64,000 nt of DNA from Patescibacteria group bacterium (GCA_038065315.1 JBBTRF010000001.1:300776-364775); one strand, 5' to 3'. Shown: positions 18,128 to 28,157, counted from the first letter of the stretch. Made by a program: numbers and translations. Notes: a model not told the origin generated them from the letters alone.

Positions 18128-19279
18128 ATGAATGCCCTACTCAATCGGGCGCTGGTCGCCCTTGTTAGCACCCTCGCCTGCCTGACCTTGTGGTCCACGG
18201 CAGACGTTCGAGCGGCTGACGTGCTTCCAAGCACGCTCAGCCAGATTCGCACCGCGCAATTTGCGGGTGTCAACACGATCGAGGCCCTCCTCTATCGCTG
18301 GCCCCACGACTACTACGCTGTCGAGATCGTGCAACCCATCGCGCGCACCAACGTGTCCGTCTCCGGCCTCACGCCGGAAGCGTTCACCAACAAGCTTCGC
18401 GAGGTTGCGTTCCAGATGGCCTGTTTGGCAACAAACTACCCTCTGGCGAATAGCGATGGAACGAATTCAAGGTTTCTGCTGAAGACCACCGCCAAAGAGG
18501 CCGACATCCCGAGCGTCTTCGCCAGTGAAAGTCCGGATATCCCCGCGACAACACTGGAAATGGCGCAGGTCAATGTCGTCTTCCCCTTGGTCACCAATGG
18601 GGTTGGCGGCTTCCGACTTCCGGCTGACGCAACAGCGGAGACCATCCCGATCAATGTCGCTGGATACGTCTTCCTGCCGTTTCCCAACCTGAGGTATTTC
18701 GACGGCCCACCGCCGGCAACACCCTGGTATACCTGGTATCTTCTCGGATTCTCCGATCGACCGACGTGTGCTCGAGTTTTTACGAGCAACCCGGACGGCA
18801 GCACGAGCGAAGTGCTAAGCAAGACGTGGGGGAATTCGACCATCAACTATCTGGAGGAGGATCCGGCGCACTACGCCGATTACTTCGACACGGATGGGTT
18901 CAGACTCCTCCGCCTCTCCGGCATTGCCCGCATCGGTATCCACCTCTCGCTGCTCACCAACGGGACTCCGACGGTTCTTGCTCTAGAAGCAGCCGACGGC
19001 ACGTTTCCAAAGTATTGGCTCCCGACCGGACAACCGATCGGCGCGCCGGTGCTCACCAGCATTAGCCTGGTGAACGGCGCGCCGAAAGTAAGCTTCGTGG
19101 GCATCCCGGGTCGGCAAGTGGTGCTCGAGAGCGCGACGTCTCTCAGAACGGATGCTGTGTGGACCGTGAGCGCGACCTTTTCGCTCCCGGACCAACACGG
19201 CATGACCAATCACGCCTGCCCTACAAACATTGGGCCAGGTATGGGACCGCTTCGCTTCCTCCGCTTGCGTGAGCAATGA
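18128..19279 (+). CDS. secreted hypothetical protein (signal peptide)
   Basis: Signal peptide MNALLNRALVALVSTLACLTLWSTADVRA. 383 aa. No domain recognised. It is divergent from the pilin cluster. Confidence 0.5.
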   Translation: MNALLNRALVALVSTLACLTLWSTADVRAADVLPSTLSQIRTAQFAGVNTIEALLYRWPHDYYAVEIVQPIARTNVSVSGLTPEAFTNKLREVAFQMACLATNYPLANSDGTNSRFLLKTTAKEADIPSVFASESPDIPATTLEMAQVNVVFPLVTNGVGGFRLPADATAETIPINVAGYVFLPFPNLRYFDGPPPATPWYTWYLLGFSDRPTCARVFTSNPDGSTSEVLSKTWGNSTINYLEEDPAHYADYFDTDGFRLLRLSGIARIGIHLSLLTNGTPTVLALEAADGTFPKYWLPTGQPIGAPVLTSISLVNGAPKVSFVGIPGRQVVLESATSLRTDAVWTVSATFSLPDQHGMTNHACPTNIGPGMGPLRFLRLREQ

Positions 19280-19317
19280 GGATCCAAACGCATCCCACTG
19301 CAGTCAGTTTCGAAAAC

Positions 19318-19360
19318 GCAAGACGCCGCCCGGAGCAATCCAGGCGGCGTTTTTTCTTGC
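19318..19360. terminator. bidirectional terminator between the secreted protein gene (+) and gyrA (-)
   Basis: CGCCGCCCGG-agcaat-CCAGGCGGCG followed by TTTTTTCTT. Confidence 0.7.
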
Positions 19361-19394
19361 CTTATTTTCTAAAAATCGCGAGAATCACCACACC

Positions 19395-22300
19395 TTACAA
19401 ACACACCGCGCTCGCCAATGTGTCACCATCTCGCAGGCGCATAATACGTACGCCTTGGGTCTGTCGGCCGAGGACCGGAATCTCCTTGATATCGCAGCGG
19501 ATGACCTGGCTCTTTTTGGAGATGGCCACGAGCTCGTTGGCACCATCACCGACCTCGCCTTCTTTCACCTCCTTGGCAGCCGCAGCCACATCCACCACGC
19601 TCGAAGTGATGACCTTGCCGGTCTTGTCGGTGATTTTCGCGGTCAAAATACCGGAGCCGCCGCGCTTCTGCACCTTGTATTCGGAGAGCTCAGTCTGCTT
19701 GCCGTAGCCGTTGCTCATGATCACGAGCAGTGCTGGCTTTTTCATATCCTTCTTCACCACATCGGCACCAATGACGGTGTCGCCCTTTTCGAGACGCATC
19801 GCAATGACACCCATGGCTGCGCGGCCCATTTCGCGGATATCGGTTTCCTTGAATCGGATCGACTGACCTTCGCTGGTCGCAAGGATCACCTCATCGCCCT
19901 TCTCGACAAATCGTACCGACACGAGACTATCGCCAGACTCCAGACCGATAGCGATGAGGCCACTTCGTCGAACATCGTGGAAGGTTTCGGCATTCACCTT
20001 CTTGCCCACGCCATTTTTGGTGATCATGAAGAGACTGAGACCGCTTTTCTTCACCTCCTTCGGCATCGGGAGAATCGAGGTGACGCGTTCGTCGTCGGCC
20101 AGTGCCAAAAAGTTTACGATTGACTTGCCCTTGGTCGCGCGCTTGCCTTCAGGGATCTCGTACATCTTGATCTGGTACGCCTTGCCCTTGTTCGTGAAGA
20201 ACAGCATGTCCGCATGCGTGTTCGCATTCAAAATATGGGTGATGAAATCCTCTTCTTTCGTATCGAGATCCACCACACCTACACCGCCGCGCTTCTGTCG
20301 GCGATACTCGTCTGGCAAGGTACGCTTGATGTAGCCACCCGCAGTGAACACGAGCACAGAGTCCACGTCTGGGATGGTGTCCTCAGGCTTAAATTCCTTC
20401 ACACCTCCACGGATGACCTTGGTGCGTCGCTCGTCGCCATATTTTGCACGCACTTCGAGCAGTTCTTTCTTGATCACCGCCAAAATCTTCTTCGCGCTCG
20501 AGAGCAAATCCTTGAGCTCGCGAATGAGCGCCTGCACAGCGTTGAGTTCGTCTTCAATCTTCTGTCGTTCGAGGCCCGCGAGACGCGACAGCTTCATTTC
20601 CAAAATAGCAGTCGCCTGGCGGTCGGAGAATTTGAAGGTCTTCATCAAATTGAGATGCGCCTCCGGGGTGTCCTTCGACTTTTTGATCAATTTAATGATC
20701 TCGTCGATATGGTCGAGCGCTTTCTTGAGGCCGAGCAAAATATGCTCACGGTCTTCAGCCTTGCGGAGGTCAAATTCGGTGCGACGACGCACCACCACCT
20801 GTCGATGCTTAATGAATTCCTCGAGCACGCTCTTGAGCGAGAGTGTCTGCGGCACGCCGTCCACGAGGGCAACGGTGTTGAAGTGGAACGTATCTTCGAG
20901 CTGTGTGTGTTTATACAAAAAGTTCAGCACGGCCTGTGGGAAAGCACCCTGCTTGAGGTCGATCACCACGCGAATGTCTTTCGTAGACTCGTCTCGGAGG
21001 CCCTTGATACCTTCGACCTTCTTCTCGCGAACGAGGTCGGCGATGGTCAAAATAAGGTCGGCTTTGTTCACTCGATATGGGATCGAGGTGATGATAATCT
21101 GGAACGAGCCGTTCTTAGTCTCCACGATTTCCGCTTCGCCGCGCACCACCACGCCGCCGCGGCCAGTGGTATACGCATGCTTCATTTCGGCAGAAGCGTA
21201 CAGCATCGCGCCAGTCGGGAAATCCGGACCCTTCACAAATTGCAAAAGGTCTTCCGCAGAAGCATCGGAGTTGTCGATGAGATGCGTGGTCGCATCCACC
21301 ACTTCGCCGAGATTGTGCGGCGGAATGTTGGTCGCCATACCGACGGCGATACCAAGGGTGCCGTTCAAAAGGAGATTCGGGACAGCAGCCGGCAGCACGC
21401 CCGGCTCTTTTCGAGTGTTTTCGTAGTTTGGTCGGAAGTCGACAGTGTCTTTCTCAATATCCTGGAGCATCACGGTCGAGATGCGCGCCATCTTCGCCTC
21501 AGTGTATCGTTCTGCCGCGGCGCCGTCACCGTCGATTGAGTTGTGCACGAATACGCCCGCCGCCAGCGCAAAATTGTGGCTTACCGGCACAGTGAGGTCG
21601 TATACATCTTCGCGTTCGCCTGAGAATTCAACGCGAGAAACTTTGTGGTTTCCCACGAGCTCAACCGTAAGTCGGTCGAGATTAGAACCGTAATATTTAC
21701 TGAAACCAACCTCCCATGAAGTGGCCGACCTGTACGGGTACACCTTCGGACGAAATTCTTCGTAAGTCTCCTTGGAAAGCGGTACACCCTTCTCGATCAA
21801 TTTCTTGCAAACCGTGTCGAATTTCTTCTTCCCGGTCTTGTTTGTGGTGTGATTTTTGTTTCCCTTGATGATCCGCGCGTGCATCTCTTGGCGATACGCC
21901 TCATCCTGCCACAAACGCTTCAAGGTCTTGGTTGCGCGAGCCGAAAGTTCCAGACGCTTTTCTGGATGAGCTGCAATGTACTCAAGATTCACTCGACTGA
22001 GCGTCTCGATCATCTGCGCACGGTATTCAGGATTCTGCCAATTCTGCTTATTCCTTTCCGACATCGCCTGGCTATACTGCTCTTTTACGCCAGCCTTTGC
22101 ACGAAACGCCTTTCTACCTTCCGCAAGCTTCTTTACGTACTCGGGATCATTTTTATGTCGGCCAGCAGTCAGTTCGGAATGAAGTCTCCAATGATCGATC
22201 CATTGCATTCGCTGGATATTTTCTGGACTATTGTTGCCTTTATTAAAATCGACATGATGTCGGACCTTGCCGGCTGACTTGGCATATTTACCAATAGAAA

Positions 22301-23141
22301 TGTTGAGGGCATCGGCCAAATGATGCGCATACTCCCAAGTATTATCGAGAGGTTGGTAGATCATCTCGTATCCAACCATATCCGAAAGTGCACTTTCTCC
22401 TTTTTCAGAAAGACGGCTGTACAAAGGCATCAATGATTCACCTGGCTTTAGATATTGCGCCTCTTTATAATCCTGATTCTTCAGAAGGAATTTGTGGTTT
22501 AGCGTACATTTGATCTCTTTTCCATTGTCGAGCACCACCTTCATGATCTCAGCGTCCTTAATCGTCAGTCGCGGCTTTATCAATTGAGCAATTTCCACCT
22601 TTCCCTCTTTTGAAACAGTGAAGGTGTAATTTTTCTTGCCCTTCTTGTCCTCATTGATGAGTTCACCAAAAGAAAGATTGCGCCCATCAGCGAGTCGAAC
22701 TTCCGTATCTTTTGTAAAACAACCGAAGTTACCCTGGCCGATGATCAGCGGGTATCGAATCGAAAAATCCTGCGCCATCTTCACCATAGATTCATACACC
22801 GCGACGTTGCCGTGCGGGTGATATTTTCCGAGCACGTCTCCCACCACCGCCGCAGACTTTCGCGTCTTCGCGCTCGCCACCAGGCCCATCTCGTGCATTG
22901 CATACAAGATACGTCGGTGCACCGGCTTCAAACCGTCGCGCACGTCAGGCAGGGCTCGCGCAGTGATCACGGACATCGCGTAGTCCAAATACGAGTCGCG
23001 CATTTCGGTAGTGATGCTGCGACTCACCACGTTCTCGCGTGCAGGCAAAGCCGACGCCTCTGATGCGCCACTTTTTCCGCCCTTATCGCTTTTGCCTTCG
23101 CTGCCGCCCTTTGGCTTCTTGTCTGAATCTTTAGATGACAT
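19395..23141 (-). CDS. gyrA: DNA gyrase subunit A, intein-containing precursor (1248 aa)
   Basis: N-extein ends ...IIGQGNFG and the C-extein resumes SIDGDGAAAERYTEAKM, with the active-site Tyr region intact. The rest is a normal GyrA, including the C-terminal beta-pinwheel repeats. Confidence 0.95.
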   Translation of the reverse strand: MSSKDSDKKPKGGSEGKSDKGGKSGASEASALPARENVVSRSITTEMRDSYLDYAMSVITARALPDVRDGLKPVHRRILYAMHEMGLVASAKTRKSAAVVGDVLGKYHPHGNVAVYESMVKMAQDFSIRYPLIIGQGNFGCFTKDTEVRLADGRNLSFGELINEDKKGKKNYTFTVSKEGKVEIAQLIKPRLTIKDAEIMKVVLDNGKEIKCTLNHKFLLKNQDYKEAQYLKPGESLMPLYSRLSEKGESALSDMVGYEMIYQPLDNTWEYAHHLADALNISIGKYAKSAGKVRHHVDFNKGNNSPENIQRMQWIDHWRLHSELTAGRHKNDPEYVKKLAEGRKAFRAKAGVKEQYSQAMSERNKQNWQNPEYRAQMIETLSRVNLEYIAAHPEKRLELSARATKTLKRLWQDEAYRQEMHARIIKGNKNHTTNKTGKKKFDTVCKKLIEKGVPLSKETYEEFRPKVYPYRSATSWEVGFSKYYGSNLDRLTVELVGNHKVSRVEFSGEREDVYDLTVPVSHNFALAAGVFVHNSIDGDGAAAERYTEAKMARISTVMLQDIEKDTVDFRPNYENTRKEPGVLPAAVPNLLLNGTLGIAVGMATNIPPHNLGEVVDATTHLIDNSDASAEDLLQFVKGPDFPTGAMLYASAEMKHAYTTGRGGVVVRGEAEIVETKNGSFQIIITSIPYRVNKADLILTIADLVREKKVEGIKGLRDESTKDIRVVIDLKQGAFPQAVLNFLYKHTQLEDTFHFNTVALVDGVPQTLSLKSVLEEFIKHRQVVVRRRTEFDLRKAEDREHILLGLKKALDHIDEIIKLIKKSKDTPEAHLNLMKTFKFSDRQATAILEMKLSRLAGLERQKIEDELNAVQALIRELKDLLSSAKKILAVIKKELLEVRAKYGDERRTKVIRGGVKEFKPEDTIPDVDSVLVFTAGGYIKRTLPDEYRRQKRGGVGVVDLDTKEEDFITHILNANTHADMLFFTNKGKAYQIKMYEIPEGKRATKGKSIVNFLALADDERVTSILPMPKEVKKSGLSLFMITKNGVGKKVNAETFHDVRRSGLIAIGLESGDSLVSVRFVEKGDEVILATSEGQSIRFKETDIREMGRAAMGVIAMRLEKGDTVIGADVVKKDMKKPALLVIMSNGYGKQTELSEYKVQKRGGSGILTAKITDKTGKVITSSVVDVAAAAKEVKEGEVGDGANELVAISKKSQVIRCDIKEIPVLGRQTQGVRIMRLRDGDTLASAVCL
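21540..22721 (-). mobile_element. GyrA intein (394 aa) with HNH-type endonuclease domain
   Basis: Begins with Cys (CFTKDTEV...) and ends ...VFVHN, followed by a Ser. The internal HNH motif is HHVDFNKGNNSPENIQRMQWIDHWRLH. The insertion lies between GNFG and SIDGDG, about 10 aa before the catalytic Tyr. Confidence 0.85.
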
Positions 23142-23183
23142 CGTGATATGAAACGCGTGTAATAATGAGCCTCTATTCTAGCA

Positions 23184-23498
23184 CTATTCTGCCAATTTGG
23201 AGAGTTCCTCAAACTGCTTTTCTATGGTATCGAAACCTTCAGAAAAAGTCTGCGAGATCGCCTCGAATGGGCTCGCCGGCTCGACGGCTGCCGTACTCGA
23301 TGCACCCGAAGCAGTACTCGTAGCAGTATTCGTCGCCGCCTTCTGTGCCATACCATCCAAGCGCGCCTCGAAACGTTCCTTGGTCGAGACCGCCCAGACA
23401 GAAAAGATGACAAGGGTCACCACTACCGCCACCCCAAGAGCGACATTTCTTCGGTATCGATACGGCTTATTGCGCAACTCGGAGAAGAATCGTTCCAT
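23184..23498 (-). CDS. hypothetical small membrane protein
   Basis: 104 aa, one TM, Ala/Thr/Ser-rich tail. No domain. Confidence 0.3.
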   Translation of the reverse strand: MERFFSELRNKPYRYRRNVALGVAVVVTLVIFSVWAVSTKERFEARLDGMAQKAATNTATSTASGASSTAAVEPASPFEAISQTFSEGFDTIEKQFEELSKLAE

Positions 23499-23548
23499 AT
23501 GTCTATTATATAGTGTCGCCGTTCACGTGTCCCGCGCGGCAGGCGTCT

Positions 23549-24184
23549 CTATGCATTCGCCGGCTCCAACACCACCACATCGCCACTCTTCCCTTCCAAA
23601 TCCTTCTTTTTGATTGTGAGTTTGTCCACAGGTTTGGTGGTCTCGCCCGCTTCTTTCAAAAATGCCTTGAGCGCGTCTTTGCTGCCAATAGACCCAAAGT
23701 GCATTGGAATGATGAGCTTTGGTTCGAGCTTCACCGCCATCTTGTATGCTGCGGCCGGAGACAACACGCCTTCACCACCGATCGGCACGAAGAGCACGTC
23801 GATATCGTCGATCGCCTCATTGGTCTCCGCATCGAGATCCTCGCTCACCGCACCAAGAAAACAAATGTTCATATTGTCGAGACCAAGGGTGTAGATGGTA
23901 TTGAGCTTGTCCTTGCCGCCGTATTGCGACTTCGATTTGAAGCCTTTAATAAAAATACCCTTTACCTCGTATTCCCCAGGACCGGACACGATGAACGGCT
24001 TTTTCTCGCCAAATTCCAGCTGCTCTGCGCCGCTAAAATCTGGATGATTCAAGCTCACCAATCCAATGTCCGCACCGAAACGGGGCGATTTGAGCTCCGA
24101 ATCCTTGGCCGGCGGATTGAAAGCGATCACCATGTCGCCAAACTGCATCTTGAAACACTCTCCGCCTAAATATGTGATTACCAT
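23549..24184 (-). CDS. MBL-fold metallo-hydrolase
   Basis: Starts at the internal ATG (MVITYLGGECFKMQFGDM...). His/Asp metal-binding pattern (MHFGS...). TGCTATACT lies 7 nt upstream of the start. Confidence 0.65.
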   Translation of the reverse strand: MVITYLGGECFKMQFGDMVIAFNPPAKDSELKSPRFGADIGLVSLNHPDFSGAEQLEFGEKKPFIVSGPGEYEVKGIFIKGFKSKSQYGGKDKLNTIYTLGLDNMNICFLGAVSEDLDAETNEAIDDIDVLFVPIGGEGVLSPAAAYKMAVKLEPKLIIPMHFGSIGSKDALKAFLKEAGETTKPVDKLTIKKKDLEGKSGDVVVLEPANA

Positions 24185-24439
24185 AGCGGTAAAAGTATAG
24201 CATACTCGCGGCGCGGCTCCAGCGCTACGCACCTCTACAGCCGCGCCGCTTGCCTTTTCAGCCATTTTAGATATACTATCCCAACGCTCGTCAAGAGCTT
24301 TAATTGTCTTCGACCTCGATAACCCCGCGCACCAAGGCGCATGAGGGAGCCAGTCGCCACCGCACACTATATATAGTGTCGGCAAGCGACCAGGCCGGCC
24401 TCACGGCGTAGCACGGAAACGAAGTCGACATTTATATAC

Positions 24440-25690
24440 ATGTTGTTCAAGATCGGCAAAAAGGCGAAAGCCGTGCCAGTAGACGAGAAGGAAGCAAAAG
24501 TAAACGCGAAAACCGAAGCGAAGGCTGAGGTTGCGGAAGCAACTGAGACGAAAAAGTCTCCTCGCGCAGCCGGAAAAGCAGCGGCGAAAGCAGAGGCAAA
24601 GGCTGAAGCGGAGAAAGTGGCTCCAAAGAAGGCGCACCTCATGGACTCGTTCCTTGAGCAGACCGCGACTACCCCAGTAGTCGGCGACGTCGTGGAAGGT
24701 AAAGTCATAAACATCGACAAAACCGGTGTGTACATCGACTTGCCTCCATACGGTACTGGTATCATCTACGGCCGCGAGTACATCGCCGCACGAGATGTGA
24801 TCAAGAAGATCAACATCGGAGACAATGTTGCTGCCAAGGTTGTTGATGCAGAAAATGAGAACGGCTACGTTGAACTCTCCCTCAAGGAAGCTCGACAGGC
24901 CCTCATTTGGAGTGAGATCGAAGACGCGATCCGCGACCGAAAGGTGTACGAATTGCCAGTGAAGGAAGCCAACAAGGGCGGTTTGATCATCGAGTGGCAG
25001 GGCATCATGGGTTTCCTCCCAGCATCCCAGCTCAAAGCTGAGCACTACCCTCGCGTAGCTGATGGCGACAAGGATCGTATTTTGGATGAGTTGAAGAAGC
25101 TCGTCGGCCAGCGCATTGCTGTCTGCGTCATCTCTGCGATTCCAAAGGAAGGCAAGCTCATCTTCTCTGAGAAGAATCCGGATCAGAAAGACAAGCAGGA
25201 GATCATTGGCAAATACAATGTGGGCGATGAGCTCGAAGGTACTGTCACTGGTATCGTCGACTTCGGTGTCTTCGTAAAGGTGGAAGACGGCCTCGAAGGC
25301 TTGGTCCACATCTCTGAGATCGACTGGTCACTCGTCGAAGATCCTCGCACCATGTTCAAGACTGGTCAGAAGGTCCGCGTGAAGATCATCGAGATCAAGG
25401 AAGGCAAGATTTCCCTCTCTATCAAGGCACTCAAGGAGAACCCTTGGAAGGAAGCGGCAAAGAAGTACAAGAAGGACGATGTCGTGAGCGGCGTGATCAT
25501 CAAGTTCAACCGACACGGTGCCCTCGCCTCTATTGAGGAAGGCGTCGCGGGCTTGGTCCACGTCAGCGAATTCGGCGGTGAGGACAAGCTCCGCGCCAAG
25601 CTCGAACTCGGCAAAACCTACAACTTCAAGATCGCGTTGTTCGATCCGCGGGAGCAGAAGATGGCACTCGCGTTTGTCGATAAGAAGTAA
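24440..25690 (+). CDS. rpsA: 30S ribosomal protein S1 (4 S1 domains) with Lys/Ala/Glu-rich N-terminal extension
   Basis: Four S1 repeats (GDVVEGKVINID..., GGLIIEWQGIMGFLP, GDELEGTVTGIVDFGVFVKV, DVVSGVIIKFNRHGALASI). The first ~67 aa are low-complexity, so the true start is uncertain (possibly Met68). Confidence 0.8.
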   Translation: MLFKIGKKAKAVPVDEKEAKVNAKTEAKAEVAEATETKKSPRAAGKAAAKAEAKAEAEKVAPKKAHLMDSFLEQTATTPVVGDVVEGKVINIDKTGVYIDLPPYGTGIIYGREYIAARDVIKKINIGDNVAAKVVDAENENGYVELSLKEARQALIWSEIEDAIRDRKVYELPVKEANKGGLIIEWQGIMGFLPASQLKAEHYPRVADGDKDRILDELKKLVGQRIAVCVISAIPKEGKLIFSEKNPDQKDKQEIIGKYNVGDELEGTVTGIVDFGVFVKVEDGLEGLVHISEIDWSLVEDPRTMFKTGQKVRVKIIEIKEGKISLSIKALKENPWKEAAKKYKKDDVVSGVIIKFNRHGALASIEEGVAGLVHVSEFGGEDKLRAKLELGKTYNFKIALFDPREQKMALAFVDKK

Positions 25691-25711
25691 GAAATCGAAA
25701 AATACAAAACA

Positions 25712-25748
25712 AAAAGAGCTTCCCAGAGGAAGCTCTTTTTGTTTTGTA
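25712..25748. terminator. bidirectional rho-independent terminator
   Basis: AGAGCTTCC-cagag-GGAAGCTCT, flanked by T-tracts on both strands. Confidence 0.75.
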
Positions 25749-25823
25749 TTTTTACTTTTTTAACCTCTTTGTTTTTTGCACCTCCTTCAGATAATTCTCC
25801 TTCGTACTTATCTTTTTTCCGCT

Positions 25824-26603
25824 CTAGGATTCAAGTTTCTTGCGAGCATCGCCAGCAATCGTCCCACCCTTCGTAGCCGCAACTTTATTTGGAACGAACC
25901 CTTGAGCATCAGTAGTTCGAGCAATTTCTGTGGTCGCCGCCTCACCGAGCATTGAAAAGATGAGTTCTAGGTCATTCATGTGATCACGAAGATTCTCTCG
26001 CTCGAGACCTTTTAGGGTTTTATACTCATTCGGCGTCATGCCAAAAGCCGCTTTTGATATCTCGGCGGTGAGAATAGCGTATTCATTTTGCTCTTTGACG
26101 CCTCGATTCTGCCACTCGTTGGTCAATTCTTCACGAATGGTAATACCCCTCATACGCTTTTCGATCCAGGCATCATCGTAGCCCTTAGCTTTATAAAGAG
26201 CGCGAGTGCGTTTTGTGGCAAGTTCAGGGTCTTCGATCTCCTTTATGCGTTCATAGCCTACAGTAGCCAACCAACGCTTAAATGGTTCGGCTTTGGGTGA
26301 AGGGACTGACTGGATAATGCGGAACAAGCCTTCGGCGTTGGCGCAGTCAGTTTCTCGCATCTTGCCATCAGGGGCCGGCAATTTCAACTGGTGACAAAAT
26401 GTCACCAGTTGACTCCCTTCGTCTTTCAGCCTTTGCGCGAGTTTATTCCAATATTTTCTCGCAGTGAGATCATCGACTTGATCGGTAAGCGCCTGCACTA
26501 CATCCACCACCGAAAACCACCACTCATTGTTGCGGATGATTTTTCGAATCTTCGTGCCCTTAAAGACGGCGATTTTACTGATTGGATTTAGATTTTCTGA
26601 CAT
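25824..26603 (-). CDS. Bro-N domain protein (phage antirepressor / DinD-like)
   Basis: Starts at MSENLNPISKIAVFKG. The Bro-N core is KIRKIIRNNEWWFSVVDVVQAL. The C-terminal half resembles the DinD/RhuM family. TGCTATACT lies ~36 nt upstream. Confidence 0.5.
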   Translation of the reverse strand: MSENLNPISKIAVFKGTKIRKIIRNNEWWFSVVDVVQALTDQVDDLTARKYWNKLAQRLKDEGSQLVTFCHQLKLPAPDGKMRETDCANAEGLFRIIQSVPSPKAEPFKRWLATVGYERIKEIEDPELATKRTRALYKAKGYDDAWIEKRMRGITIREELTNEWQNRGVKEQNEYAILTAEISKAAFGMTPNEYKTLKGLERENLRDHMNDLELIFSMLGEAATTEIARTTDAQGFVPNKVAATKGGTIAGDARKKLES

Positions 26604-26749
26604 TCTGTTATTTCTTATATCTTGCAGTAAAGCTAGTATAGCAAAATAGTGCTCAAGAAACATATAAAAAATGTTAAAGAAAAGCCTAAGAAAAGGTAAA
26701 GAAATTATGAAGAGAAGTCCTCATCACACATCTCTGCTATACTATCGTC

Positions 26750-27496
26750 ATGTATTACACAATCATTGGAGTCGTCGTTTTCATCATTCTTGCCAGCCTT
26801 CGCCAAGTCAACCAGTACGAGCGCGGACTGAAGTTCACTATGGGCCGCTTCAGCAAGATCATGGAGCCGGGCTGGAGGATCGTTGTGCCAGTATTTCAGT
26901 CGTACCGAAAGGTTGATATGCGAGTAAAAGCTGTCGACGTGCCGGACCAGAATGCCATCACAAAAGACAATATTTCAGTCAAGGTGAATGCTGTCTTGTA
27001 CTACAAAGTCGAGTCTGCTGAAAAGGCTATTCTCGAAGTAGAGGATTTCATGTACGCCATGTCGCAATACGCTCAGACTACAATGCGAAATATCGTCGGC
27101 GAAACCACCCTCGACAACCTCCTTTCAGGCCGCGAGACCATCGCCAACCGCATTCGAGAAGTCATCTCCTCCGAATCAACCGCTTGGGGACTCAAGGTTT
27201 CTAATGTCGAACTCAAAGACGTGTCGCTTCCACCTGACATGGAGAGAACTATTGCCAAGCAAGCAGAAGCTGAACGAGAGAAGCGCGCCGTCATCATCAC
27301 CTCTGAAGGCGAGCTCGCTGCATCCGAGAACATGGCCAAAGCTGCGCAAGTACTCGCAGGATCGCCTGGCGCCCTTCACTTGCGCACCTTGCAGTCGATA
27401 AACGACATTTCATCCGATGAATCGAACACGGTCATCTTCACCCTGCCAATGGAGCTTCTGAAAGCGTTCGAGGGATTTGCGAAGAAGAATAGCTAG
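26750..27496 (+). CDS. SPFH/band-7 (stomatin/prohibitin-like) protein
   Basis: N-terminal TM, then the SPFH core (RGLKFTMGRFSKIMEPGWRIVVP...ISVKVNAVLYYKV...GLKVSNVELKDVSLP). TGCTATACT lies 10 nt upstream of the ATG. Confidence 0.85.
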   Translation: MYYTIIGVVVFIILASLRQVNQYERGLKFTMGRFSKIMEPGWRIVVPVFQSYRKVDMRVKAVDVPDQNAITKDNISVKVNAVLYYKVESAEKAILEVEDFMYAMSQYAQTTMRNIVGETTLDNLLSGRETIANRIREVISSESTAWGLKVSNVELKDVSLPPDMERTIAKQAEAEREKRAVIITSEGELAASENMAKAAQVLAGSPGALHLRTLQSINDISSDESNTVIFTLPMELLKAFEGFAKKNS

Positions 27497-27545
27497 AAAC
27501 AAAAAGAGCTTCTCTGTGTGGACATGCCGATAACGCTTATTTGAT

Positions 27546-28139
27546 TTACTCACAGCTTTTTGGTATATTGTTGTCATCTCCGCTTCCTGAAACCCCCCGA
27601 AGAAACGCCTTTGGCGAGGGAGCGACAAGAAAGTCTGCTGGACCCAGGGGAGTCCCAGTCGGACCTATCAAGTCTCCTCGCCCGAGGAGGCTTTTCAGTT
27701 CATTTCCCCCACTCATCACGGTCCCAAAATGAGTAAGGACAAAGAAGCCATTTTGTTTCTCCGCAGCGATCAAAAGAAAGGTACTTGAATCTGGAACCTT
27801 TTTGATCAAATTGATTCTGTTGGAATTCGGCGGTTCAAGTATGCCATTTCTAAAAGAACGCATATTTACCAGCGCACCATCCCAATCGTTTGCGTTTATG
27901 ACAAAATTTTCCGGAAGAAACTCTCCGTGGTCTCCCCTGATCTTATCCGCAATCATTTTACTAAAAACAAGGTCTCTTTTCTGTCCATCCTGAGAGAGAA
28001 AAGCGGGGACTACAGCAACAACTCCCACCTGGACCTTTCTCGATAGAACTAAATTAACTATTCGTAGACTTTTCCCTTCTCGTGAAGTGACGTCTCGAAT
28101 CTTCCCAGATGCAAACTGCGTTTTCTTGTCTTTTCCCAT
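27546..28139 (-). CDS. hypothetical protein
   Basis: Starts at MGKDKKTQF. TGCTACACTTTTTCCACT lies immediately upstream. No domain recognised. Confidence 0.35.
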   Translation of the reverse strand: MGKDKKTQFASGKIRDVTSREGKSLRIVNLVLSRKVQVGVVAVVPAFLSQDGQKRDLVFSKMIADKIRGDHGEFLPENFVINANDWDGALVNMRSFRNGILEPPNSNRINLIKKVPDSSTFLLIAAEKQNGFFVLTHFGTVMSGGNELKSLLGRGDLIGPTGTPLGPADFLVAPSPKAFLRGVSGSGDDNNIPKSCE

Positions 28140-28148
28140 AGTGGAAAA

Positions 28149-28157
28149 AGTGTAGCA
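28149..28157 (-). promoter_or_regulatory. extended -10 box TGCTACACT, 10 nt upstream of ATG (example of the window-wide promoter style)
   Basis: The same TGCTAyACT box sits upstream of pth (29244-29252), the MBL hydrolase (24194-24202), the SPFH gene, the Bro-N gene and others. Confidence 0.5.

Noticed and set aside
19230-21539. ORFs antisense to gyrA (19230-20123, 20214-21539, 20344-21426)
   Set aside because: They are the opposite strand of a bona fide GyrA plus intein.
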